Positions 12,801 to 24,508 of a stretch of 64,000 nucleotides of DNA are shown one piece after another (within the stretch, counting starts at the first letter, position 1; every line of letters starts with the position of its first letter). The stretch covers positions 628,848-692,847 of the forward strand of contig NW_004797584.1 of the NCBI RefSeq assembly GCF_000002075.1, read 5' to 3'. The notes under the pieces are model-generated. The model saw only the letters and a program-made list of their open reading frames with translations. It did not search any database and was not told the origin of the DNA. The translations under genes and the position numbers were made by a program. Source of the DNA: Aplysia californica (Eukaryota).

Positions 12801-15800
12801 TGAAAAGTGTCAAAATATTTTAAGTGTATCTTGAGAGAATGCACAAATGTTTCTAGCTCACTTAGCCCACTGTACCATCCTGGGTTTTTTTTCCTGTTTC
12901 TCTGGGATTTTGTTTTTTCGTTGATTGAATGATTGGATTTTATTCTCATATGCTTCGCTTTCTTATTGTTCAGGGCTATATTTAAAATTAATTTTAATTC
13001 CCTGAACAGGAGCATGAAGATTTTGCTGCTCTGCCATCCATAGAGGAACAAGCAGCGATAGAAGACAAGCCGTTGCATGTGAACACCTGGAAGTATGTCA
13101 ACGAGAATCATGTCATGTATGTTCCTGAGGGTAAGTCAAAGCATGCGACAGTCTGTATCTCTTCAGTGAGTGTGTTATATTTAAATATGCAATGCTGTTA
13201 TTTGGAGGGTGTCACTGGTAGGTCTTATTTCTTATCTTTCCTTCTATTGTCTGTTGTTTCTTTCTGTCCATCTTACTTTTTTTCTGGTGCTAGGTAACTG
13301 TTATTGTGTCGATGTGTTTCTTTTTACACAAACAAACAAACAAAATGTAAAGTAGTTACTTTCTCTTCAGCTTTCATGTCATTTAGAAATATACACTAGT
13401 TTACTTCTCTTCTGTTAGTGCATCATTTGTGGTTGCTTGTTGTCAGTATGTCATTTTTTAAATGTAAGGAGCTTATTTTCTCTTCAGTCTTTATGTCGTT
13501 TTGACATGTGGAATAATTTTTATTTTCTCTGATGTGTCATTGTGAAATGTTCAGTGGTTCATCTCTCTTCTTTCAGTGTTGTAGATTGTACTTCGTTATT
13601 CTATATTTATTGTTTCTGTTTGTACACTTTCTCCCACCATTAGATACTTGATATAGTGGTAATGTGCCTCTCTTCATCTGAGACTTGCAAGTTTCTTCAC
13701 TTTACTGATTTTATTTTTTCAGGCATGGAACTGAGTGCGAAGGAACAGATCGAGGACAAAAAACACAAGCCGAAACAGATCATCCACGAGAATACGCGGT
13801 TCCAGCACGCCCCCTTCAACACTACCAAGAGCAAAGAGGCCATGCAACAAGCAGCTTCCTTCAAGGCTTTGATCAACAAAGGTTAGTTGTGAATCTAGAA
13901 CTGGAAGGGGGATAGGTGGCATGCTCAAGTGTGGTTTGCTTGTGCCTCATTCTTCTGGTCGGAGTTTGCTATTATTGTCATCCCTTCCTGGGGAAGTGAA
14001 GACTTGACTGTTGGGCTCTCAGAGTATCTTCTATTAACATAAATTTTGTAGGGGAAACAAAGCTACCTGTTTTTTAAAGTAACTGAAGATGAGGAGAATC
14101 AGTTTAAGTTTTTCTAGTCTGTCTATGTATTTTCACATAATTATATATTATGCTTGGTGGAATGAACGAACATGGTATTCACATTATGGTAGCAGGTGGT
14201 TGGCGGATGCTCTGGTGTGGTTTGCTCCTTCATTCCTATCAAACATCTGTGGTCCTTATCTCTCCTCCTTCTTTTTTGTGTTTGTTACTCTCTTGTAACA
14301 CCTCTAATCTTCAACACTTATAAAACCTTATTGTGTTGCAAGTGTTGTAATATACTAAATAAAAGTAAACTAAATCTAATTATTAATATTTATATTAAAG
14401 TCTACAGTCAACTGACATTCAAATACTGTTTATTCAATTAATTACAATGATAATATTTTTTTCCCCAGGAAAAATTGGCCATGATGGCAAAGAGATGCTC
14501 CAGTCCCAGTCCCCCCAGGTCAACGGCTATGGCTTCATGCGGACTCCATCCCCGGCGCCGGGCGTGGCCGACTCTCCCATGATGACCTGGGGCGAGATCG
14601 AGAGCACTCCGGCTCGGCTGGACAATGCCAATGACCTGCTGCCCGCTGCCACTCCTGGACCTGTGTTTAGGGTAAGAGCTGCAGCCAGAAGTGTTGAAGG
14701 GCAAGAAGAATTTCTATGTCTAAATTAAAAGAGAATGGGTTTTTTAAAAATTTTTTTCACTTCAATTTTTTTTTTTCTGATTTGCTCTGCCTTGAGATCC
14801 ATATTTATGAAGTTTTTCCTTTTATAAGTTTTGTCTTTTACAGTTTTTAGAATCAATGAATGCTGAAACCCAGACATGATTTTAACAGTATAATGGCCTT
14901 TCTACAGGCTGAGATCAGGATTCATAACCAAAAAATGATTAAATGGGGAAAACTATTTAAAATTGTCTGGCATACTTTAGTCACAAAAGATCATATGTGT
15001 GGCGTCCTGACAAAATGAGTTACTTCTCGCAATCAACAAATTAAATGGAGATATTGGCAAAAACTCAAAATTGAGTTCAAATTAGTACATCTTCTATTGA
15101 TGCTCTATTTTTTATGTATAACATGCCTCATACTTGTAAATTGTAAAACTTCACTTGTACTTATAAGCATGATGTTTCTATTTCTGTAAGGCTTGAATCT
15201 GAGAAGTAACTCATTTTGTCAGCACATTTCTCATATTATCTCGTGTTGGCATGTCATTGTCAGAAAATATGTTTTAATTTTAAAAATTCAGTTTGGCAGT
15301 CACCTGATGCACAAATCCGCCTTCAATACTGATTGATAGATACCCTGAAAGACAGTCGATAAATGTTTATAAAAAAACATACATCTCATTTCAACGACAC
15401 TGTTCACCTTCACATATATATGCACACCCAAACCTGTTATTCCCGTGGGCATGGCAATCGTACAAGACAGATCTAGATGAGGCAAGACTGGCCAATTTGT
15501 CTCTAGTCTCTACCAGTCGACCACTAGGAAAGATGGCGGTTGGTGCTGTCCCGTTGTACTGCTAGCCCCGCTGTACCGGTAACTTTATGCTCATCGCAAA
15601 ATGGGTGGTGTAACGAGGTTTGACTGCAGATGCATAAAATGGTATTTTTCTTTGTTTTTAACTAACAAATTTCTCTTTGTTTGTCCCTTTCTAGATCCCA
15701 GATGTCCCGAAGAGAGAACGTCTGGCCCTGGAACTGTCAGAGAGAGCCAGCAAAGCTCATCGGGCCAAGAAGGAGGAAGCTTTGCGGCAGGTCACGAGAA

Positions 15801-18491
15801 GGTTTGCCAGGTGAGACAAAAGAGAAAGAGCTATGATCTTATTGTTTTATTTTTCTTCTCTTTCTTCTGTTTTGTCTGCAGTTCACCGTTGGATCTCAGG
15901 AGTGGGTGACTGTAGGTGCTTCTACTCACAATTTTAACTGATTTTTATTTATTAAGCATGGGGTTGCTATTTGTTGTTGATAAAACAACATTCTTTGGGT
16001 CGGTGCATTTTGGCTCATTTTTGCTCAAAATCATGAAGTAGATATTTAAAGTGTTTTTATTAGACCTGCATGTTTGCCGACAATCGTCTGAAATCCGACA
16101 ATCGCGAGCCGGCCGATGCTATCGCTAGGCCCACCTGTATCAGCCAATGTGCGTAGTGCGAGGCCTTGCCGACTGCCAGCGACCCCTTTTCTCCCGTCGG
16201 CTTTGTCGGCACTTTCGTTTTTGTGCCGACGTCGCCGTTTCCGACATAATTGTCGGAACCTGAGTAGAAGTGCGAATACGAAAGAGGACGACGACCTAAA
16301 TTATTTACTTTCTGTTTCGTGCTCGAGCGGCCATTTTGAATTTCGTTTGTTGACTAATTCAATTGTTCAGATCGTGTTGATTCTTTCAAGTCCGACTCAC
16401 TTGTTCTAATAGAATCTAGTCTAGATCGAGATTTATATAGATCATCATAAACCTCAATGGAGGATTCATATTCCAATTCTATTGTGTCAAACCCTATCAT
16501 AGGTTGTGTTGTAATATTAATGTTGGTAAAACGCATTTCATCAGGTGCGTGAATTATTTATTTCATTATTTATTTAGAATCTAGACTCAGCTGAGTCCCT
16601 CTGTTCGGAATCAGATGTGGATTTCTAGATCTAGTTCAAGGTCTATTCCTATTCACTTGTTCTACAAGATCTATATAGATTTATTTAGATTACTAAATCT
16701 ATATGGAGGATTCATATATTCCAATTCTATTGTGTTATTGTATCAAACCCAATATTATTATTATGGCCGTCGTTATTCGGACTCGAGTCCGAATATGAAA
16801 AAATGTTATTCGGACTCGGGTCCGGAAAAAAGAAAGTGTCTTCGTTCTATAGATCTAACGTTCAGTACTCCCAATTTTCCGCCATTTTTTAGTTTCCCCC
16901 ACACCTTTTCAGCCGATCCGATGCCCGCCGCCTCATTGATACGCCCCCCCCCCCCCCACACCCCCCATGTTTTCCACTTTCTTGGTTGTAGATAAAGGTA
17001 GAATTGAAGATTAGCAGACCACCTGGCACCTGCATATTATGAGCTGTGTAAAAAAAAAGACCGATTCGTTCAAATACACAAGCCTGTGTCATCTCGATTG
17101 TTTACCAAGAAAAAGTTGTGTTGCTGTGCAGAGCTGAGCATACGGCAACTTTTGATTCCATAGACCAGCGCACAATTTATTGCGTAGATCTACGTCAAGA
17201 CTAGCTTATTATTGTAATAATGATCAGTTGCCGGGGGAAAAAGACTGACGCATATATGCGACGTTCAACGCCCGGGCCGATAGTGCCCCCCACCCCCCTC
17301 CCCGACGCGCACACAGCCACACGTGTGCAGGCCGCCCATCCGACCCCGACACACGCTAACGAGCCATCTTTAATTGCTTCTGATGACCTCTTGACAAATA
17401 AACATTTATTAAAAGTGCTATAACTTTTCAGGCCGGCCTCAAATTCATCATAAGATAAAAACTCGGCTCCTGCTCAAAACGCCATTTTGCCCGAAGCGAT
17501 CACGGTCCCTACCCAGCCTGAGGTGAGTCACGAGTGAGGCAGGACAGGAAGCCGGAGTCACGAGTCACAGGAAGTCGGAAGTGATGTCAAGCTGGACAAG
17601 AATCAGAGTCCGAATAACATTTTTTCATATTCGGACTCGAGTCCGAATAGTCACTTCGTATTATTATTATAGCAATGTAGATCTAGATTAGATGTATGTA
17701 GATCTAGATCGAGGCCATATGCTCCTTGCTTGTTTGTTTTGGAGTGTGGTTTAAAAAAAAAATTATTTTTTCATTTTGGATTTGTGCTGGCCTTTTTACA
17801 TGAGGCCCGTTGCAGGTTCTTTTTTGGGTTAGGGTTAGGTCTCTTCTTTATTGTGTTTGTTGGGGTGTTCGCTCGTTGTTCGGAAGTCCTTCCTTATGAC
17901 ACCTACAAAAGCTCTAATATGGGGGGGGGGGGGGGTTGCGCAAAATTTTCAGACAATCTGGTTGAGGCTCACATGCAGGTCTATTTTATGCTTTTTTTTG
18001 GGTTGTTTGTTGCAATTGAGGGTGTTGCCAAAGACTGTGAGGAAAAAATTATTATACTTGGGCTAGGCAACATAAATTGAGTACTGTAATTTTTTCTTCT
18101 TCTTTGTTTCAGCCCGTCACCATCGTCGAAAATATCGCTGAGCTCTGTTGAGCGGCTGAACTCAATGTCTCCAGCAGCACAGCGGTTGGCTAGCAAGCGT
18201 TTGGGTATCCGCGTGTCCACGGATAAGGCTCTTCAAGCCAGCTACTCCCCTAGTCCCTCTCCGTCACACAGAGTTCCCGGCACAAAGACTCCTGTTCGAC
18301 TCACGCCTTCGTCCAAGCGATCAGCACGCAGCTCATTGCCAGGAACGCCGGGACTGAGGACCCCATCGAGTGAGAGAGGAAATGGGACGCCTACACCCAC
18401 GTCGGAAACCACACAGGAAGCTCCTTCTCTCACCGATCATTTGTTGAACTTACCCAAGAGAAAAAGAAAGTCGGCTGCTGATTTCTTCTGA
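3635..18491 (+). CDS. ESS2: Splicing factor ESS-2 homolog (DGCR14/ES2), 9 coding exons, 518 aa
   Basis: join(3635..3751,6931..7087,11028..11180,11954..12105,13010..13130,13723..13881,14469..14671,15695..15810,18113..18491) = 1557 nt, all GT-AG with consistent phases. Family motifs: KVLTEDEF, IIERDFFPD, TPATFETP, LDSFLARNTSEDSASF, NGYGFMRTPSPAPG..SPMMTWGEIESTP, MSPAAQRL and C-terminal LLNLPKR..AADFF. Confidence 0.96.
4190..4924. mobile_element. Non-autonomous DNA transposon (Mutator-like) with ~95-bp TIRs
   Basis: TIRs 4190-4290 / 4830-4924 (gtatacagacccggtaggggaactcttttgtgatttc and its reverse complement); 9-bp TSD ttttttaaa; internal (TG)n/(AG)n. Confidence 0.8.
6797..6832. repeat. (AT)n microsatellite
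   Basis: Direct reading. Confidence 0.95.
6931..7087 (+). CDS. ESS2: ESS2 coding exon 2 (GITKIIERDFFPDIPKLEAQVEYYEALEKND...)
   Basis: Polypyrimidine tract + cag acceptor; G|gtatgg donor; RDFFPD motif. Confidence 0.95.
7286..7490 (+). mobile_element. SINE family C: tRNA head + CORE-like domain; L2-type tail resumes at ~7871-7897 after a nested family A copy
   Basis: ttgcctagtggttagg (A box), ggttca (B-box remnant), gttgtgtccttgggaaaggc..cacccaggtg..aatgggcacc. The tail cgctatacaaatgctatctattatt also occurs on - at ~41610-41678 and ~40308-40372. Confidence 0.7.
7511..7872 (-). mobile_element. SINE family A, 5'-truncated copy
   Basis: Aligns by eye to the body and tail of the 24011-24508 copy. 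Confidence 0.8.
8008..9459. mobile_element. Non-autonomous DNA transposon, 15-bp TIR, 7-bp TSD (P- or hAT-like)
   Basis: CAGAGATGCCAACCA ... TGGTTGGCATCTCTG; TSD cactatg (8001-8007 / 9460-9466). Confidence 0.85.
9531..9692 (-). mobile_element. SINE family A, head-only (3'-truncated) copy
   Basis: tRNA-like head + ~90 nt of body; flanking direct repeat cctgtctagg (9522-9531 / 9691-9700). Confidence 0.8.
9979..10789. mobile_element. Tc1/mariner (pogo-like) MITE, copy 1
   Basis: TA-flanked; TIR CA(G/A)TGGAATCC..TTATAAC; homologous over its whole length to 19809-20618. Confidence 0.85.
11028..11180 (+). CDS. ESS2: ESS2 coding exon 3 (ALTPATFETP...)
   Basis: tag acceptor, G|gtaaca donor, TPATFETP motif. 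Confidence 0.9.
11954..12105 (+). CDS. ESS2: ESS2 coding exon 4 (EMETPKMKLDSFLARNTSEDSASF...)
   Basis: cag acceptor, gtaagt donor, LDxFL..TSED..SF motif. Confidence 0.93.
13010..13130 (+). CDS. ESS2: ESS2 coding exon 5 (EHEDFAALPSIEEQ...TWKYVNENHVMYVPE)
   Basis: cag acceptor, gtaagt donor, TWKY..N..MY.P motif. Confidence 0.92.
13723..13881 (+). CDS. ESS2: ESS2 coding exon 6 (GMELSAKEQ...IIHENTRF...)
   Basis: ttttcag acceptor, G|gttagt donor, NTRF motif. Confidence 0.92.
14195..14362 (+). mobile_element. Short retroposon family B copy
   Basis: ggtggttggcggatgctctggtgtggtttgc...gttactctcttgtaacacctctaatct...tail. Confidence 0.8.
14469..14671 (+). CDS. ESS2: ESS2 coding exon 7 (GKIGHDGKE...SPMMTWGEIESTP...GPVFR)
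   Basis: cccag acceptor, gtaaga donor; most conserved ES2 block. Confidence 0.96.
14993..15236. mobile_element. MITE (~245 bp), copy 1
   Basis: TIR ctgacaaaatgagttacttctc / gagaagtaactcattttgtcag; second copy at 50677-50925 in opposite orientation. Confidence 0.8.
15695..15810 (+). CDS. ESS2: ESS2 coding exon 8 (IPDVPKRERLALELSERASK...)
   Basis: ctag acceptor with upstream ctaac branch site; gtgaga donor. Confidence 0.93.
16764..17660. mobile_element. MITE-like element with self-palindromic inverted ends
   Basis: tattcggactcgagtccgaatatgaaaaaatgttattcggactc at left and its reverse complement at 17606-17649; flanked by (TAT)n on both sides. Confidence 0.75.
18113..18491 (+). CDS. ESS2: ESS2 coding exon 9 (terminal; ...MSPAAQRL...SAADFF*)
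   Basis: tttcag acceptor; conserved C-terminus; TGA stop. Confidence 0.95.
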
Positions 18492-19808
18492 AAGAATGGT
18501 GTGTGTTGTTTGCGTATAAGTGCCAGTGGAGGATGTGCTGCTTACTGAAGTGAAAGGTCAAACCTTTGTAGGATCTGACCTGCTGACATTTGTTGACCTT
18601 ATCAAGGTGATCACCCGAGGAGAAAATAAAAAGTGAGGTCATAAGTTATATTTTGTGGTGCCGGTTTAGATGAAGATTTACAGCAATGTTTCTGGTTTAG
18701 ATACTGTCTACCGTCGAGACTGGTCTGAAAATGGGTTTCGATGAAGGTCTGCCCACCAGTTTATACTGGCTTGGGACTTGTGACAAGGATCAGTTTAATT
18801 TTTTCCTCTACGTTTATACAGGCTTGAGACTGTCATTGACCATATTAAATATGTTTTTGTGGGTGTAGTTTGTTTGGGGGGGAGGGGGGGTTGTGTATGG
18901 GGGAGGAAGGTTGACTGGTCCCCCGTTAAAAAAAAAATAGTGCCATCTAGTCACTGTCGCGACTTATTTGTCAATATTTATACTCTTTTCCCCATTTTTG
19001 CAAAATTCTTTGATGTAAACAACACTGCAACATGAAGCAGTCCACCCACCCATACACCGCAGTTGTGAAACACCACCACTCCCCCCCCCCCCCCCCCCCA
19101 GTGCTGTTGTTACAGTTACAGTGGCCAATCAGGTGGGACTTATGCTAGGCAGTAGACTGTGGTTGATTGGGTGGGACTTGGGTAAACCTTCATCTAAATT
19201 GGCACCAATTTTGCTTTACCAGATCCTGTTCTATTTTTTGTACCGAGAAAAAAAAGATGTGTCTTCGATTGCGGCGGCTTAGACGAACTTACTTGGCAGC
19301 ATTGACTGGTTGTTGTTTGTTTTGGGTTTTTTTTCGGACCTTTTTTGGGGGGGGGGGGGGGGGGGTTGGTAGATGCTTTATCAGAATGAGTTGTCAGTCA
19401 GTCACAATTTTAGGAATTGCGTGTAAGTTGTTTATGTGAGCCAGGAGTGACTTTCTTCTTTGGAAAATTCTGGGACTCTATATGAGTATGAGCAGATAGT
19501 AGTAAGTTGTGTGTAGATGTCAGGAGAGGAACACTGAATGGTAGGAGCTGGATGGAATGAGAGTTTGGATGTGTGCATTTCCACTGTTTCTTTTTTAGAA
19601 TTATTTCTTCCAAGGAACTTTTTAGTTGCTGTTCCACATTAATCTTTAATGTTTCTCTCATGTGTTGCTGTTGGGCAGCATTGTGCTGGTCTGTTATATA
19701 ATCGCTGCCTTAGAATTACAAAGTTCCATTTACCCCCCCGCGGCAGTGCCACTGACTGAAGTGTCTTTAGGCCATTCCCAAAGGGGGGACATTTCTTGTT
19801 CAAGCATA

Positions 19809-20618
19809 CAGTGGAATCCTGTTATAACGAGAGGGAGGGGACCGGTGCAAAATGTCCGTTATAGCAGGATTCTCGCTATGAGGGATCCAATAATAAATTC
19901 AAGGGAAATAATAAAGTAGGCCTAATCTATGAGTTTGGTGTTTTGTTTAGTTCTTTTTGCTATCTCCCCTATGATTTTGCCCAACATGACCTCTAGGTCT
20001 TACTTGATCAAAAATCGAATCAGGTTTCTTTCTCTAGCGCTAGCGATGTTGACAGCTCGGCGTTGTCGATCAGAAAGAAAGGGCTCTAGGCTAACTCGCC
20101 CGCTGTGTTTTCCCCCACCCCACTACACCCTGTGGTGCATTCCGTCTGCTTGCGCACGTCACACATTCGCTCCAACCATCACAGCACTGTGACCTCTCCA
20201 TCCCCACATCGGAGAAGTGAGAGGCATGGTAGGCCTTAATATTAATCTAAACTAGGCTTACGCTGGCCTATCTCGCAATGCGTTCTGCTTGTCTGTGCAT
20301 GCCACACCCTCCCTACTCAGTCGCACCGGCCTTAATTGTTGACACACATGGGCTCTCCCATTTTTTGTCTCGCTAGATCACCAACACGTTTCTCAACTGG
20401 GGAGGTTTTACATTATGTATCATTGGTCTATGCACTGTGCACAGCAGCAACAATATTCCGCTATAACTGACTGGCATGTTTGTCTGATAGCGCTATAGCA
20501 GTATTTTAGTTACAAAGGTAAAGAAGAGAAAAAAACGGGGTTTTAGAATATTGTCTTTACTTTATAACAGACTTCTCGTTTTTTCCGGACTCATTATAAT
20601 TATAAGTGGACTCCACTG
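19809..20618. mobile_element. Tc1/mariner (pogo-like) MITE, copy 2 (in the presumed ESS2 3' UTR)
   Basis: ta|CAGTGGAATCC ... GGACTCCACTG|ta. Confidence 0.85.
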
Positions 20619-21589
20619 TAGTCGAATTGTAAATGGGCTGACTCATGTCTCGCTCATCACTTTGCCTGATCTACAACAGGGAACTGCTGCTTTTTCTTTC
20701 CTGATCCTTACTATTACCATTGTCATTTTCCTCTACTTCTTTTGTATGTTTGTCACTCTCTTGTGACCTACTATTTTGGGGTGCCGTGATTGTCAAAGAA
20801 GACCTTGTGCTGTTGAAGCTAGAGAGGTGAGCAGTCTAAATCTGATTCCCTGTAAAGACTTCTCTGTTGACACCCACCCCTTGGCGTTCATATGACCTTA
20901 TGCAGTTGCGAGCGCAGTAAAACCCTCTATTAAAAAAAAAAGTTCCATTTACATTTTGGGCCATTTTGAGTTACTGAGACCTTGAGGTCAGAAATAAAAT
21001 GTTCAATCTGCTCTATCAAAATCGTAAGATTATTAGGAGTTGTTATCATGATATTCAAAGAATTGCATTTGAAAAGGCTTGACATGTTGTGAAGCTCAAA
21101 ATTTTTAATATCAAATTGTTCAAAACTAGGCACAAGTTCTGAGTTGATAGAACTTTGTAATTCTAGGGTAGCCTAATGCTGTTCGCTGTCTGATAGAATG
21201 ATTTATTTTCCTATCCAAAGTTTCATCATGGGGAAGTTGTTCAACACTTTGCCTTTATGGCTTTTGCTTGTGGGAAATGATGAAATCTTATCATATATTT
21301 GTTTGAAGGATGGTCGTAAGTTAAAAAATGGTGCTCATCTAATTTGAATTAGATATAAATCTTTTGCAGGCAGTATTTGTGAACATCAAATCGCTCCCTA
21401 TTTTTCCTTGGCCTTGTCTGTGGCATGAAAATCAATTTCTCTTCGGTTTATTCGATAGCATGTACCTTTTGTTTCATCATTTTTTGCCTTCTGTGGGTTG
21501 CCAAATATATTTTTTACAACTCAAGAACTTGCAGACAACCTACTTTTTAAAGTCTCCGATAAAATCTTGTCTATTTTGCTATGATGTAA

Positions 21590-21595
21590 AATAAA
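21590..21595 (+). terminator. Candidate distal poly(A) signal of ESS2 (proximal candidate at 18625-18630)
   Basis: AATAAA followed about 25 nt later by a TG-rich tract (tctgtcttgtgtttc). Confidence 0.45.
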
Positions 21596-22329
21596 CTGTA
21601 TAAATGGTGTACTATAATTCTGTCTTGTGTTTCATTATGTGTGCAAATAGGGTTGGGACGATCACTAAAGACAAATGACTGGCAGGCCAAAACGGTGTGG
21701 TTCCTTTGAAGTTTCTTCAGGAACTTTAAAATCTCAGCCCAAAATGTTTTTTAAAATATTGGCCAAATTTTGGTAGTCTGGTAAGAATTTTATGGCACCC
21801 GCAACTGCATGCAGGACTCTAGTTGGTCGTTTTTACTTTAGTTCAAGCAAGGTTTAGTTTTACTTTTAAAGTTAAAATGGCAGAAATATTTGTAAAAATA
21901 TATTGTAGAACTTAAGTTTTAAAAGCGGCAATTTACATGTTTGAAATAACACAAAAAAATAATGGAAGAAACAATGATACCGATCCAAATTCTATAAAAA
22001 TTAATTACCGGTATATTTGTGTCATGACTCGTTGGAATCAGGCGTTTGTCAATTTTGGGCATACTGATGTTGGAATCATCTTAAATCTCGTTCTTTTGTC
22101 TTGCTTTTGATGAAAGAAATATCCATAAATTTGGAATAGAAGCCGAGATATTTGAGAATGAACTTTGGAGGAGGTGGGGGGTCATCTGATGTCAACTAAA
22201 ATTTTGGAGGAATTCGGCACTTGATTTTTTCCATTTCATTATTTTGATGAGTGCCTGATTTCTCCAGGAATGCACACATTTTGTACTGGGTAATTTTCTG
22301 ATTTCAGTCTAATGACAACTTTTTCTTCC

Positions 22330-22562
22330 GTTTTACGGCGCTCTCAACTGCATACGGTCATATTCATATGAGCGTGCGGGACACATTAAATATTTTCAGT
22401 TGCTAGGAAATTTTTGAATTTTGCTCGGGTGGCAGCCGAAGCCTACTCTTATCGATTTTAGACCACTAAGAGATCTTAAACGTGGGCAACTTGCACATCG
22501 GACCTCCAAGATTTTTCGCCCTTGTCCGAGGACTAGGAGGCTAGGTGTAGATCTTTCTAATA
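22330..22562 (-). mobile_element. SINE family A, 3' half
   Basis: Shares the core (gcacgtttaagatc...ggtctaaaatcgataagagtagg) and the tail. Confidence 0.8.
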
Positions 22563-22760
22563 GGACAGCTCGAAGTCTTTACTTCAGAAAAATACATGAT
22601 ATTCAGTGATGGGTGATGGTTGCTGGAAATGGGTTGTTGGTAATAAAATAAAAAGATACGACAATGGAAGGTTGATTTTGTAAAGACCTTTCGCTTTGCT
22701 AAAAAAAAAAAAAAAAAGTGAAAATGCAAGAAAAGCTAATGAAGTTTAAATAAAAACAAT

Positions 22761-22766
22761 TTTATT
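22761..22766 (-). terminator. Candidate poly(A) signal of ERP29
   Basis: tttatt on + (AATAAA on -), with a T-rich tract downstream on - (A run at about 22701-22717). Confidence 0.5.
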
Positions 22767-24010
22767 GCCTTAAAAATTGTGTACATCAATCCTGAAGACC
22801 AAAAATACAAAACTGAACCATGAATGCATGTCAAAATAATAAATGAAAGAGCATTAAAAAATTAATAAATTTTGGAAGCTACGAATGACAGCAGAATTCA
22901 ACCCATCAAAAGACATTTCTTGACCTCAACTCTCATGATTTGTGTAACAATGGCATAACTTCAAGCTAAAACACCAGACCATCAAGCTTGTGTTGACTGG
23001 AATGTACCGGAGGGGAAAGTTGTTGTCTCTGGTCTTTGCTCAAAATTGGTAAAACTGCCATAATGTCTTTATGCAATCAAACCTGTGCTGCAAGATAGCC
23101 TCGCCAGCATCAATTTGAATTTTTAAAAATTGAACAAATGCTGTATACTCTCATTTAAGTAGACTACAGGGTATGAATCATCCTTTTCATTTCTGGCATA
23201 GGTTTGGCTGCAGAAGACTGAGTAGCCTATCATATCTTCTAGGAAGGCAGTAGATCACGTGTCCAAAGGGAGAATAACCTTCCCCAGACATTACATTATT
23301 ACACCAGTGACAGTGCTCTACAACAGAATGCTTATACAGAGCTAGCTGTATAATTTTGCAGATTGGTGACTCTTATTTGTGAAACATTTTGACATATCTG
23401 CTCATTGATTTCATCAAACTTATAATTTTAAAAAAAAGAACTCATCTTGTATTACAAAACAATATTTGACAGGTTTGTCCAAAGTTTACATCATAAGGAG
23501 GACACAAGTAAAAAGTGATAAGAACAGATTTTCGGAACGAAAAGTGCTGTCATGTTGGCAATATATCTCTGGAAATGTGACCATTACAAGTTTTTGTGAA
23601 AGAGGAAAGGTTGAATTTTCCATCTCAAGAAGACAATTATGAAGCCTACGGTCATAGTGGTGTACAAAGTCAAGTTCAAGGCCCCTGAAAGTCATATAAA
23701 CACTTGCCTGACACAGCTAGCCAGACAAAAAAATAAAACAAAACAAATACAAAAATACAAGTGAAAATTATGCTAATAAATATATTAAAATACTAACCCT
23801 TCTGAGGTGCCCGTCCGGACTTTTGGATAAAGTATGCTTGTATAGGCACTAATACTTGAACATTGGGAATACAGGCTTGCTGCAGACTTTATGCTTTGCA
23901 TTCAGTAGAAGAACATTGAGCACTTAAACTATAACTTTGTAACAGAGCCAAACGGAACTGAAGTATTTCATATAATAACATTATTTTTCATTACTGTACA
24001 TTTGTTTGTT

Positions 24011-24508
24011 TTGGTAAGCGTTTTAAGGTCATATGAGCGCGTGGGACAGACCAAACATTTTCAGTTAGGAGGAAATTTTGAATTTTGCCCGAGTGGCGGC
24101 CGAAGCCTACTCTTATCGATTTTGGACCACCAAAAGATTTTGGATCTTTAATGTGCGCAACTTGCAAACGGGACCTCCGAGATTTTTCGCCCGTGTCCGA
24201 GAAGGCTAGGTGTAGATCTTTCCTACCAGAAGATTAGGGGTGTGGCTGAAAGACAACAGTAAAAAGGAGCCAAGGAGAAGCAGTTGAAAAGGTGCAGAAA
24301 GAGTCAGGAGCCCAGAGGAGGGGGCAAAGGAGGTGAGGGGTGGGGGCAGAAAGTGGAGACGAAAGCAGACGACAGAATATAGCTAGAGAGCAGAAAAGGA
24401 TGTGAAAGGAGACAATTTTAGAGAACATTTTTCCGTCACTACCCGGATTCGAACCCAGGACCTTTGAATGAGAGGAGAACACCTTAACCTCTAGGCCTTG
24501 AGAGGCCC
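24011..24508 (-). mobile_element. SINE family A, near full length (tRNA-Glu-like head, Nin/Deu-like core), in the presumed ERP29 3' UTR
   Basis: A/B boxes, CTC anticodon-like loop, pyrimidine-rich body, core GAGGTCCCG..GCACATTAAAGATCC..TGGTGGTCCAAAAT, shared tail. Confidence 0.85.

Noticed and set aside
14196-14441. Recurrent ORFs starting MVGGCSGVVC / GWLAGALVWF (also 28158, 35833, 52759, 62462)
   Set aside because: Translations of family B repeat copies in varying frames, not a protein family
24440-24508. tRNA-Glu gene (also 1-63, 9620-9692, 37407-37450, 7286-7360, 52540-52600)
   Set aside because: A/B boxes are present but the stems do not close into a cloverleaf. Most are attached to a shared repeat body, so they are SINE heads.
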